DNA from: Callorhinchus milii | Lineage: Eukaryota | Assembly (NCBI RefSeq): GCF_018977255.1 | Contig: NW_024704743.1 | Span: forward strand, 48,424,001-48,488,000 | Direction: 5' to 3' | DNA: 64,000 bases | Shown here: piece after piece, positions 13,336-25,666 of the stretch | How positions within the stretch are numbered: position 1 is the stretch's first letter | How the letters are laid out: every line of letters starts with the position of its first letter | The notes under the pieces: generated by a model | Told to the model about the DNA's origin: nothing | Databases searched by the model: none | The model's input: only the letters and a program-made list of their open reading frames with translations | Program-made: the position numbers and the translations under genes

Positions 13336-16178
13336 TCATGTTACCTTTCACATAAGCAAACATCCAACCCTATTGTCCAAACCATTATATCTGAACCACC
13401 CTTGTGTTTGGCCGCGAAGTAGGAAAAGAGGTCAATCATTCAACAACTTGAACTTTTGGACCAACTTGTTTGACTCGACCTTTTAGATAATCTAGATGCA
13501 GGTAATGATTTGTGTTTTTAAAAAAAACAATTCTGTCAACAGTAAGTTCCTTTTCATTGAGAATAGCTGGATTTACTGACCCAGTAATGCAACGTGACAT
13601 TGCCCACATATAGTGTAGTTGTTTGTCTGAGGCTGAGTTTGTTCAGCGAATGTTGGAGTGTAAATTAGCTGGCTGACCTAGTGTTTGGACAAACCTGGAC
13701 AGTAATTACATTGGCTGTTGTTTCACTCATTAGCAACATTTTACGCAGCGTTGCACTACACATCATTCATGTGAACACACAACACCGACAGCAACCCATA
13801 GTATGGGGTTTCATGGTGTCTGCTTTTTCTCCACTGCTCTGCCAATCGTCCCCAAAATTTGACAAACTATTGGTTCATACATCTCCGTACCTGCAGAGTG
13901 TTTGTTTTGACTTCAAAGTGTCCTAAATGAGGAAATGCTAGAGTATATAGTGGTGTTTCTGGCTGGTTAAGCTAAAATGAACACAATGTCCCATAGTTAG
14001 AGGCTCAAAGAGAGCACTGTTGTAAAGTATATGGTTTGTGAAGGTTTTAGGGCACCTTTTGGGTTCTTTGTGCAAGATGTCAAGGTCATGGTAAGAAGAA
14101 GTGCCACCCACTTTGCTAGCTTTGCAGACATTCTCTTTCTAATATTGTTTTCCAATGGAGAAGGTTCCGGGAGAAATGAGGTTGTGAGCCAGAAAGAAAT
14201 TGCTTCAATCAGCACTGATGCTTAATGACTGTTAATGGGAAATGGAGATAGGATAGTAAGTGCTACTTTGATTAATAAGTGAACTGCATAGAATTTAAAT
14301 TGTGCCACTGATGGATTATTTTCTTCAAGCTTGATAAGCAGTTCTCATTTGTTCTTAAATTTGGTCAATACTGTTAAAGACGGCAAATGAAGTATAATTA
14401 ATGCTGTTGCTATTACTCAAACCAAGTGTTACTAGGAAGCATGTAATGTATACAAAATTTTAGAGGTTCAAAAAAAAGACTTTAATACTTATAGAATATT
14501 GGAATATTCTATAAGTACTAAAGTCAAGAGCAATTATATGTTTTACTCTGTCGAGAGCAATTATATTTTAAGATGAGAAATAAATGTTATATTCAGCGTT
14601 ATTGTAACTTAGTTACTAAAATTCCTATTAATCAGTCATTTAACATATGGCGATGGATACATATTCTTGTTTGGTTGATTTATTCTCCTTAAATGATGAA
14701 TAAATGAGGGCACAATATAGCTATCTTTCTGAAACACTTCAACATGATGGTAGTCTATTCTCCTGCTGTTTGGTATGTGACCCAATGAGGTGGTGGGAGA
14801 TGGGTTCATCATGTCAAATCTTCATGTAAGAGCTTCTAGTTTCTGCTGAATAATGATGGGGGTGGGGACTGGGCAGCAAGGCCCTTCCCCACAAAGACAC
14901 ACAGTCATCCCACATTATTCCTGTGCATCACCCAGCAGACTCAGCAAACAATTACACACCATCATTGGTAGAAAACTGCAATAGAGTTTGCCCATCATTC
15001 AGCGAATAAGAGCAAGATGGGAGTGGTGGGCACAAGGAAGCACTTTAATGAAAGGTATTTCTTGTGTGCTATAGTGATAGAAGACAGATGATTTTAGCAG
15101 CGCTAGATGCAGCTTCATTTGACTGGTTAGATACACGACACAGTGTGTTCTTAGGTTTTCTTCTCCACCTGTCAACTATACAACACTACCCAATCAATGC
15201 TGAAAAGAAAAGTATAAAATCAGAACCTCTCAGCATATGAAAAGTGATTATAAATGGATAAATTAAGCAGATTATCACATTCTTGGATGTGACATAAAGA
15301 TACCAGCCACTACAGCAAATGCTGGGGATGTGTTAACTTTATTTTTTGCAAACACTTTCATAGGTTCTTGGCTAAGTGGACGGATATCTACAACTATAAT
15401 TCTACTGTGATGCACTTCAATCATTTCAAGTATGCCAGAAAGTGATGAGTTGTAAAATCTATAGTATGTTTCAGAGTAAAAATTAAAATCCAAATATACA
15501 TCAGCTTTTAGATTCAAAACAAAATAGGATACCACTGATGCTGGAATTCTGAAATTCAGAATGGAAAGTACTGAAATCCACAAGCAAGGAAAGCAACAAA
15601 TATTTCAGCTGTGATTCTTCAACACAACTTGTGCCTATGTCTGCAGAACCAACTGGAGTATGTAGCACCAAATCAAAACAACAGGATATGTTGGGAAGAG
15701 GTTAAACTTGTAAAAGCCAGCAGTTGAAAGCCATGAGTCTAGCTTCAAGAATGGCAAATAGCAGGGGAGGGAAGTGGCTGCCTCAAGCGTGTTTGACATG
15801 ATAAATATTGAATGTGCTGCTAAATTGACCTCATTTTTGTTTTATCAGCTTCATAAAGGGAGTTTGCTGTATATTAAATTACAGCTTGTATTTATTTAAT
15901 TTTATTTGATTATGGAAAAGAAAAGCTCAGTTTTAGGATCATTAACCTTCCAGCTCGGGTTATCATTGTGCTTGGTCACTGTATTGGTTTGTCTGTTTTA
16001 ATAAAGGGGCAAAGGTTAGGGAAGCTTCAATCCAGTTCAGAACAAATATATCCGCAAAACAGAAAGCCCTTAAATAGACATTAATAGACACTAAATTTCC
16101 AATCTTACTCAGAGAGGCCAGAAGTTATAATAATAAAAACATGATCTTTGCATTATAGTACAATATCAGATTGTCAAG

Positions 16179-16240
16179 ACAACAACAACTTGCAATTATA
16201 TAGCACTCCTCACATGGGGCAGTGTCTCAGAGCACTTAAT
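16179..16240 (-). mobile_element. L2-type tail fragment, second subfamily; similar pieces at ~19831-19890, ~37198-37255, ~62310-62375
   Basis: (CAA)n cttgca.ttatatagc..cc.tcaca..gggg.ag.gtctcagagcactt, the reverse complement of the L2 tail at 51770-51830. Confidence 0.65.
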
Positions 16241-16277
16241 TGGAGTTGAGGTACAGATCAGCTATGACCTGAGCCAA

Positions 16278-18009
16278 TAGGCTGACAAATTGAATGAGTA
16301 CTTTGCATCTGTCTTCCCAAAAGAAGAGGATGCAGCCAATGTCACAGTATCAGAGAAAAGAGTAGAGAAATTGGATAAGATAAGAATAAACCGAGAGGAG
16401 GTACTAAAAAGGTTGACGGTGCTCAAGGTAGTCAAGTCACCCGATCTGGAAGGGATGCATCCTAGGTTACTGGGGGAAGTAAGGATGGAAATAATGGAGG
16501 CTCTGGCCACAATCTTTCAATCCTCCTTGGATACCGGGGTGGTGCCAGAGGACTGGAAGGTTGCAAATGTTACTCCCCTGTACAAAAAGGGACAGAAGGA
16601 TAAACCCAGGAACTACAGGCCAGTCAGCCTAACGTCAGTAATGGGAAACTTCTAGAGACTATAATCCAGGACAAAATAAATTTTCACTTAGAAAAATATG
16701 GGTTAATAAAGGACAGACAACATGGATTTGTTAAATGCGAATCATGTCTAACAAACCCGATAAGAGTATTTTGATGAAGTAACAGAGAGGATGGATGAAG
16801 GTAGTGCAGTTGATGTATTTTTTATGGATTTTCAAAAGACGTTTGATAAAGTGCCACATAAGAGAATTGTAAGCAAAATAGAACCCACGGTATTAAAGGG
16901 ATAGTGGCAGCATGGAAACAGAACTGGCTGGAAGACAGAAAGCAGAGAGTGGTGGTGAACGGTTGTTTTATTGACTGGAGAGAAGTGTGCAATGGTATCC
17001 CCCAAGGATCAGTATTGGGATCACTGCTGTTTTTGATCTATATAAATGACCTGGACTTGGGTATACAGCGTACAATTTTCAAGTTTGCAGATGAAACTAA
17101 GCTAGGAAAAGTATTAAACAGTGAGGAGGATAGTAACAGACTGCAAGGGGAAATAGACAGACTGGTAAAATGGGCAGACACGTGGCAGATGAAGTTTAAT
17201 GTGGAGAAATACAAAGTGTAAGCATTTTGGGAGGAAGAATGAGGAAAGGCAATATAAGCTAAATGGTAGAATCTTAAAAGGGGTGAAGGCACAGAGAGAC
17301 CTGGGGCTTCATATAAGTAAATCTTTGAAGGTGGCAGGACAGGTAGATGAAGCCGTTAAAAAAGCATACGGGATACTAGGCTTTATAAATAGGGGCATAG
17401 AATACAAGAGTCAGGAAGTTATGATGACCTTTATAAAACACTGGTTAGGCCTCAGCGAGAGTACTCTATTCAGTTCTGGGCACCACACTTTAGGAAGGAT
17501 GCCAAGGCATTGGAGAGGGTGCAAAGATGATTCACCAGGATGGTTCCAGGAATAAGGGACTTCAGTTATCAGGAGAGGCTAGGGAAGCTAGGATTATTCT
17601 CCTTGGAGCAGAGAAGGTTAAGAGAGAGACTTAATAGAAGTTTTCAAAATTATGAGCGGATTCGATAGAGTGAACAAGGAGAAACTATTTCCACTGGCGG
17701 GTGGGTGGGTAACCCGAGGGCACCGATTTAAAATAGTTGTTAAAAGAAACAGAGTGGAGATGTGGAGATATTTGTTCACACAGTGAGTTGTTTGGATCTG
17801 GAATGCATTGCCTGAAAGGATGGTGGAAGCTGATTCGATAACAACTTTTCAGAGAGAAGTAGATAATTATTTGGGGAGGACAAGTTTGCAGGGCTAAGGG
17901 GGGGGAGCGGGGGAATGGGATTGATTTGGGTAGCTCTTTTCAAAGAACTGACACGGACACCATGGGCAGAATGGCCTCCTTCTGTGCTGTATAATTCTGT
18001 GATTCTATG
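16278..18009 (+). mobile_element. CR1 LINE, 5'-truncated (~1.7 kb); ORF2 reverse transcriptase disrupted by stops and frameshifts
   Basis: ORF pieces LNEYFASVF, KSPDLEGMHPRLL, VPEDWKVANVTPLYKKG..PRNYRPVSLTSV, GIPQGSVLGSLLFLIYINDL, KFADETKLG, WADTWQMKFNVEK. CR1-type 3' end ggcctccttctgtgctgtataattctgtgattctatga. Confidence 0.96.
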
Positions 18010-18196
18010 AAAAGAGTAGAGGATGCTTCGCTTTGCAGCTACATGATCTGGGAGTACTGGATCTCACTCTAAGCTCCTAAAATTAAACATTCAATACCAG
18101 CACTGACATTTCTCGCCTCAATGAATACAAAACTTACCCCAAATGTTTTGTGGTATAATAAAAGTATGACAGGTTGATAAAATATTTGTAAAACAT

Positions 18197-18310
18197 AAAT
18201 AATAATCCTTGTATTTGATATAGCGCCTTGTCACGTCTTTGAGACGTCTCAAAGCGCTTCATAGAATATACTGTAAAGTGTTGAATTGACTGTATATTTT
18301 GTGGGCGAAA
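18197..18310 (-). mobile_element. Deu-type SINE 3' part; a second degraded tail at ~18455-18590
   Basis: aataataatccttgtatttgatatagcgccttgtcacgtctttgagacgtctcaaagcgcttc..., matches 57321-57430. Confidence 0.85.
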
Positions 18311-18617
18311 TTAATAATTTAATAAATAAGTTAGCAAATAAATTAGTAGGCACAGTAACTGCGAATGACTTATCATTCGAATGACTTATGTGCAGTAACT
18401 GTGATGGACTAATGCAAGGATTATTATTATCATCACTCTTCGATGTAATGAAAATAATAACCCTTACATTTGATGCAGTACCTTTAATGCTGGGAGCACA
18501 TCTCAAAACACTTCACAAGATGAAGAGTAAAGTGTAGTAACTGTATTTTGTAGGCGAATGTGGCAATTTGCACACAACAATTTTATCACCACAAATCCTT
18601 TAAAAGTAAATTCACCC

Positions 18618-18817
18618 TTACACTGGGGCTATTATGTGCATTACGCACCTTGTGTAAATGCACATGTACACAAGGAATTACAGGGGCCCTTAATTATGTA
18701 ATTAACAGCCAATCCTTTTCATTGATTGTTAATTACATAATGGAGCACCTGTAATGCCCTCTGTACACAGGCGTTTCCACGTGGTATATATGTGGCGTAT
18801 AATAGACCCCAATGTAA
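18618..18817. repeat. ~200-bp imperfect palindrome, MITE-like or ancient hairpin repeat
   Basis: Outer arms ttacactggggctattatg / tataatagaccccaatgtaa. Perfect inner 15-bp arms attatgtaattaaca (18693-18707) / tgttaattacataat (18727-18741). Confidence 0.8.
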
Positions 18818-20962
18818 TAAACCTCTCAGCATAGTTAACAGCTGCCGTGTCTGAATTCCAATCAAAGCCATCTGGTCAGTTATTTTAAATTCAGGCTTAA
18901 ATAATTGTATATTTTTCTTTAGAAAATTATATTTTCTTCCATGCTTCGTTTCATCTATGATTTCACACAATTTTGCAGCTAAAACTTTACAGAAAGCACT
19001 ATTTTATATTTCAAAACATTTTCAACCCTGTGTTTTTTTGCATCTAATCTAAATTAGTAACCTTGCCTTTAAAGGTTATGGGAGTGCAAAAAACATTGGT
19101 TGTGTCAAAATTATTTTTTAAAATTCACAGCTATCAGAATGTAATTTTTGTTTATAGAACCACCCAGATTGGTGACTTTGATAAAATTAAATCAATTCTC
19201 CTTTTGTGTAATTAAAAATAAAGTGATATTGTTTCATGCAAGGCAACAATAACAACAACAACAAATTACAGCGCCTGTAGCACTTTTCACATTAGGAGGG
19301 ATAGTTGGTGATTTGGTAGTGTTTCCGGTGAGATGCAGCGATAATAATAATCCTTGCATGTAATTTCCCCATATCATCTGGATCTGCAGGGGTGGGATTA
19401 GAGAAGGGAGAAACTGATTCTGCTCCAGCTAAATAACAAAGTGGGATAAAGTGTCATATGAAGATTGAGAACTGGGATAGAGGAGCTCAGGCTTGATATT
19501 GAACAGGTGGATCTGAAAAAGGACGGATGGAAAAGGAAAGGAAAAGTTTGTGTGTTTATTGTGGTAGTCCTGATCGTTATCCGAATAAGTTGATTGTTCT
19601 CCAGCTGAACATAACTGATAAGCAATTTGATTTTATTCAGCTGTTCTGAGAAATAAAAACACTTGTTTGCTCGTCTCTGGTTTTAATGAGGGGCAAATAA
19701 AACTGAAGAATGTACATAATATATTGTAAATTCAAATTTCACTCTGGAGACAGAATTATAGATACAGTGTCTATTATTGCCCACTAAACTCCATATTTGT
19801 TACATTCTCAGATAGCACTGATACCTATGATAACAACATCTTGCATTTATGTAGCTCCTTCACACAGGGTAGCGCCCTGTAGCACTTGATCCAAACAGCA
19901 CAGAAGTCTGCCATCCCTCCAAGACTCTACTATAGATTTATCAGAATTATAAGGAATAAAAATGTCTATATTGGTTATAAGGAATAATGTTTACCACTTG
20001 CTTAGTGCTGCCAACTATTGAATAAATGTGCTAGTGAGAATTGCATAATTCTCTCTCGATGCCATTGTGACTAGTTCCAAGTTTGACAGCTTGTCTTCAA
20101 GTCTTTCTATAAATCTTGTGGATTAATGCATTATATCGGATTCCCTTGATGTATTTTAATTTCCATGTGATAGTATGTAGTATACTAACAGTAATTGTGT
20201 AACATACATTAATGCCTTATTCCATTACCCTTATTGGTGGCTACATACATCAATTGGTCAAAGTATTCTAGCACTCAATGTCTGAAAATGGAATAAAATA
20301 ATCTTTGTGATTACCATATTATAAACCAAGCATGACATCTACTAGGGAGTGTTTTAACTGTAGTCTCTTGTTATCAGCAATCCTGGCTGGTGCCTATGTT
20401 ATAGTGAAGTTAACACACTGTTGCTTGTGTCCTATCCATCAAAATATAACGCAAGCTCTATTTGATTTAACAAGTAAATATTCTTCTGTGCTGCAAAGTA
20501 AAGTGCTAGAAATGGGAGATGAGCCAGCCCATCATTGGAACAAAGAAGATTAAGGGGGACACAATCCAATCTTTAAAATGATGAGGTGTTAGCAGATGTT
20601 TTGTTTTAGATCTGGAAAGCAGAACTAGATTTAATATTAAAAAGCTTCAAGCAGACTAGAGATTAAAAGATATCTATAGAAGGAATAAGACCAGTGTTCA
20701 GTCTAGAAAATGTGCTTGATTACTTTTAGAGTTCAAGGAGTATCCATACTACATAATGCTTTAGCACAGAAGACAGAAGTGGTGGAATGATGCCTGTGAT
20801 AAAATAGGTTTGGAGTACTTGTTTGAGAGGAGCAGGTTTTGTGGGCAAACTGGCCTTTTCTCATTCTGTTTCCTAATATCTAACTCAATTACCCTGTGGC
20901 AATGGTTCCCATTGTTACACAGACACACCTTTTCATGTGGAGATAAACCCAAAACACTGGGG

Positions 20963-21150
20963 ATGCTGGAAATGTGAAATAAAAGCAGAAAGGCTGCGAA
21001 TGTGCATTATGTCAATAAGCGTGTGAAACAGAAAGTTATCATTTCACATACAACCCTTCACGCAGCCAGGCAGATAAAACATTAAACCATCTTTCTCTTC
21101 CTGATGCTGGCACAGCTTCTTGCGACAGCGTTTCATTTATTACCTCTCAA
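20963..21150. mobile_element. Degenerate Penelope-type terminal-repeat fragment, probably also inverted; another weak copy at ~15520-15630
   Basis: gatgctggaaatgtgaaataaaagcagaaa matches 32415-32445. Confidence 0.5.
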
Positions 21151-22910
21151 TTTCTTATGTTAAATTTATATTTAGCACTGCCATCGTCAAATGGACTGAC
21201 CGACATTTATTCGTGGCCAGGGAAAATGAGATGAGCTGCCCAACAGTCCTGCTCAGAGGTCAGGGAAAATTGAAGCATATACATGCAGAGAAACATGTGC
21301 ACATCCAGAGATTGGATGTTGCTGCCCTCACCTTGCTACCCGTGGATTCTGCCCCATTGAGTAAAAGGCCTGGGATCCCAAGACTAGCAGCATCGGGGAC
21401 TTGAGACATATCCTGGAGATCAAGATTGGATTTCTCACTGCAATTCACACTCTCAGCACTTTGCACTTTCAGTTCAATTCCAGGCACCATGAACGTACCG
21501 AACCGCCTGCCTGTCACCCTCACAGCAAATACACAAGCATCAAACCCTCATCCTCACTGACATCACTGTGCCACCACATCACCCACTGCAGCAATAACAA
21601 AAATAGAAGTGAAAATCTGTTTTCATTTTAGTTTTTAAAATAACCGCAACAGCCGCTGGAGCAGCCTAACAGCCACAACCCATCTTAAGGAAGAGACTTT
21701 TATTTTGAATGATCTAAACTGAGGTAATTTTCAAGCTAATTCTGCCTTTAATGTGCAGCACCATTACAGGCACAGTAATACACAAACAGACGGATGGGGG
21801 CAGCTTACTTGTGAATCCTTTCAGCCCTCATTAAAAATTAACTTGAATTATTGCCTCCCAGGCTTTGGCTCAGGAGAAAATGTCGTGTTGAAGGCTGCTT
21901 CTACGCCTGCGTTTGTTTCTCTGCTGAGTATAAAAGAAATGTCCTGTTTTCTTTCAAGCATCCTGCTGAAACCCGAGATATTAATGGTTTTCCAATTCAA
22001 TCTGTCATTTTAACAAGACAAGAGGGATGCTAACTTACCATAAAAAATACAAATGTTACAGTTAGGCTACATATTTCACCTTGCTTGCTAAAATCTATGC
22101 CCCACTAAGAACACTGCCAGCTGCTCATGTTAAATAGACAGGCCAGCCTTCTGGCGATTCACCTCGGTCGAATTCCAAACCTATTGGCAAACACATCGCC
22201 ACACATTTTTATTGTGTGTCAAATTCCTTAATGCAGTATAAATTTAGCAAGTTAATATTCAGAGTACAGAGGGAAAAGAAAGCAACACAGATGGTGCTTT
22301 TCTGATCTCGTTGACATCCTTTTTAACGTTCAGTTTGTGCAGCACACCATGAAGAGTGGAAAAAGCTTTAGGTGAATGCTGGACCATTGTGTGTATGTGT
22401 GTGTGTGCAGGTAATCGTTGAAATTGGGCAACTTTAGGGCTAAAACATGGGGGAATTTGGCAGCAGGTGAGCACTTTGTTTCCCAGAAGATGAAGCAGTG
22501 CAGTTGTTCACTTGAACCATTTTGGAATATCACAAACAAACTGAGCTGATCGCATAAACACATTGCGCATAACTTTATTTTTTCATATGACAAATAATGA
22601 AAGTTATGTTTTCCTTAAACTACTCTATGGAGAATCATTCAGCACATATTAATATTGTCCAGCAGTAAATATCTTGTCTACTCCCACAAATGGGGTGTGC
22701 TGTATCCTGAATGCAAATAAGGATTATCAGACGTAGATTTATGTTGCTGGATTGTTTTTTCTGCTCTGCGATCATTGCTGCAGTATCTTAAATTCGGTGA
22801 CCTACTTATATGTAATAGCTTTTATTTTAACTCCAGTTATAAATGTGTGTGTATATAATATATATACATTGTATGTATGTGTATAATATATGGTATGTAT
22901 ATTAACATAG

Positions 22911-23097
22911 AACAACAACTGCAACAAGATTCCATTTATAGAGCGCCTTTCACGTCGGGAGGACGTCCCAAGGCGCTGTACAGTTGGGTCAGGACCCGAG
23001 CAGGGGGGAAATGGTCAGGGTGAGGGGAGGGAAGGGAGGAAGCAAGGAAGGGGTAGAGTCGAGAGGGGAGCTGAAGGCACGGTCAAAAGAGAAGTAT
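22911..23097 (-). mobile_element. L2-type LINE 3' end
   Basis: (CAA)n tail, the tail stem-loop, and a purine-rich 3' region similar to 31795-31960. Confidence 0.85.
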
Positions 23098-24443
23098 TTG
23101 GTAATATGTTAATAATTCTGTTGCCATAGATCCTAACCGCTTTTAAATAAAACTAGGTTTCATTTCTATTTACAATGTTGCTGAAAGAGATCTGGTGCTA
23201 CATATAGTGTAAGTGAGAATGGGATTGATTCATTTAGATGCAAATTTCTCATTTGAAAACGTGGCTGGCAAAACAAATCAGTCTTTACAAATAAGTTCCC
23301 ACTTGGATGAGTGACCCACATTAAAGATCGGTGTGATTCTGATGCTTTCTGTGAGCTGTTTTATCGTCTTAGGTACATTGGAGAACAGAAATGGGAGAGG
23401 TCATTCAGATCATTGAACTTGTTTCACCAGTTTATTACATGTTGGCAGATCGCTTAATCTCAATGCCTTTCACTACATTCTTTAATGTCTAATTTCTTGT
23501 AAAATGTAGTAACAAAATGCTGTAAAATATCCTGTAAAAATACAGTAAACTTACAGAAAAGTGTTTAACATTTGCCTGCCTGTTCCATAAGCATCTTTTC
23601 CGCCAATAAATCATGTAAAATGGTATGATGCCTGAAGATTCTTTTTATTAAAGTGACCAAATAATTTCATAACTTATGAAGATCGCTCATGCTAGTTTAG
23701 AATAGATTTTGCACATCACTTGGGGATGTTAGGCTCTTTTAGACCAAAAAAAAGGTAATTTTCATAAAGCTGTCAGTGTGGAAGATAGGGGCAGGGTAAT
23801 CTGTTATATGCTAATGTCTGCACTTGTGTGGTTTGACTTAACTCAAGCAAGGTGAGCCCCTGTTGGGGAGTGGTGAAATGGTGCAGTTAGTAAGATTGTT
23901 TGTGCTGTCTGTGTGGTTCTTTTTGTTGGTTGCTAAGAATGTTGCAGAGAAACACTGTACAGCCCATCCTGGAAATAGCTGAATCCAAGTTGGAGGGAGA
24001 ATTCTGCTCCATTTACACTGCAGAGTAGGAATCGACTCAGTGTGGTTTCTGCAATAAAATCAATGTTACAAGCGCAGTATAAATCCAGTTTTAGGGTCAC
24101 TGATTAGATTCCAAGGATTGTAATGGAATCAATGCGGACGGGTGCAGTACAAATCAGGTTTTATTACAGCCGATTTCAAACTCTTACACTTTAAAGATAG
24201 CACTTGAGGTTCTTCAGTGGCACAATGAGCAGCCTTAAAGATTTTGATCATTAGGAAAGAGTCAGTCGCCGTCTTGCCCGTTTCATAACATCACAATACA
24301 AAGTTAGGCAGTGTTTGACTGTTTAGTGGAGCTCTGTGTCCTTGCACTTAGTTATGTATACACAGAGTTCCCCTCAGCCCCAGAGGGAGCACTTTTGGAA
24401 CAAGAAATATAAATCCTCTTTCCTTCTTGTAATCACATTACTA

Positions 24444-24912
24444 GGCGTCATTCCGGCTCAGTTGGTAGTACTCTCATCTCTGAATCAGAAGGTTGTGGGT
24501 TCAATCCACACATCGGGATTTGAGCTCCCAGTCAAGACAATGACCAATTGCTATAGCAGTGAACAAGGGGATTTAATGAAGGTCAGGGCTGGGAGCAGAT
24601 ATAAATCTGGACTCCTGAGTAGTTAGTGCAAGAGTACTTTTGGAACAGGAAATATAAATTTGTTGAATTGTTCTGATGTGAGGTTAAACCAAGATCCTCT
24701 TTGTCTGTTCAGATTGACACGACCCTTTTAAAAAAAGTGAAGGATGTTCTAGCCAACAATCCTCCAGGTAAATTAGTCAGGCAACTCATGGATTATTGTG
24801 AGGATTTGCTGTGTACAAAACAGCTGCCAGAGCTTTCCTACAGAATGTGCAATTCACAATCACAATTGTGAATTTTTAAAAAAAACATTTATAGACGCTA
24901 TACAATGCAAAT
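24444..24912 (+). mobile_element. Older tRNA-headed Deu-domain SINE (SacSINE1-like), interrupted at 24544-24660
   Basis: Head ggctcagttggtagtactctcatctctgaatcagaaggttgtgggttcaatcc with A/B boxes; body ggttaaaccaagatcc...; tail gacgctatacaatgcaa. Confidence 0.75.
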
Positions 24913-25344
24913 TCTATTTTTCCTAGTGGACCTTGTCACTGCTATACTCCAATAGCTACAGCAGTGTACAAGGGGATTTACTGAAGGTCAGCCCCAGGAG
25001 CAGAGTTAAATCTGGATTCCTGAGTTAATCTGCATCTGTTCCGTCATTTCACCGTCCCTTTGTTCAGAGAAAGTCAAGTAAATTAGTTATAACAAAACAG
25101 AAGATTCAATGATGCAGAAACCATCTCATTACACAGTCTGAATGGGACACAAGCAATTGATTATTGGTCCCAAATAATGTTTTTTTAAAATACAATTTAA
25201 TAAGATTTGCTCAGTCCACACATTGTTCTGCAGGGCACTGGAATGGTGCTTTAAGACTTCACCTCACTGTGCAACTCGGGTTGAAACACTCCTTTTTTAA
25301 AGAAATGTATTATGGATTGATATATTTTTCAGATATCCCTGATA

Positions 25345-25666
25345 TAATAATAAATAATAATCCTTGCATTTGATATAGCACTTTTCACGTTGGGAGGATG
25401 TCCCAAAGCGCTTCACAGAACACACTGTAAAGTGAATTGACTGTATATTTGTGGGCGAACGCGGCAGCCAATTGCGCACAGCAATGTCCCACAAACAGTC
25501 GTAGATTGAAAATGACCAATTTTTATTATTGTTTTTGGTTTTGGAGGGATTATTATTAGGCGTGTGGAGTAAGGAAACTTGCCCAAGGTTTCACCCTGCC
25601 TGGAATTGAACTCAGGTCTCTCGCTTGCAAAGCGAGTGCTCTAACCACTGAGCTACAGGACTCCAC
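25345..25666 (-). mobile_element. tRNA-derived SINE with Deu-like 3' region and an internal deletion relative to the 57321 copy
   Basis: Minus-strand head gtggagtcctgTAGCTCAGTGGttagagcactcgctttgcaagcgagagacctgaGTTCAATTCc with A and B boxes; body tgtgggacattgctgtgcgcaattggctgccgcg; (TTA)n tail. Confidence 0.92.

Noticed and set aside
14740..14990. Faint resemblance to an LF-SINE-like repeat
   Set aside because: Only a few short words match my recollection of the consensus; not supportable without a profile search
25590..25666. tRNA-like sequence with A/B boxes (also 57590-57666 and 24444-24520)
   Set aside because: These are SINE heads continuous with SINE bodies and tails. There is no proper acceptor stem, so they are not tRNA genes.
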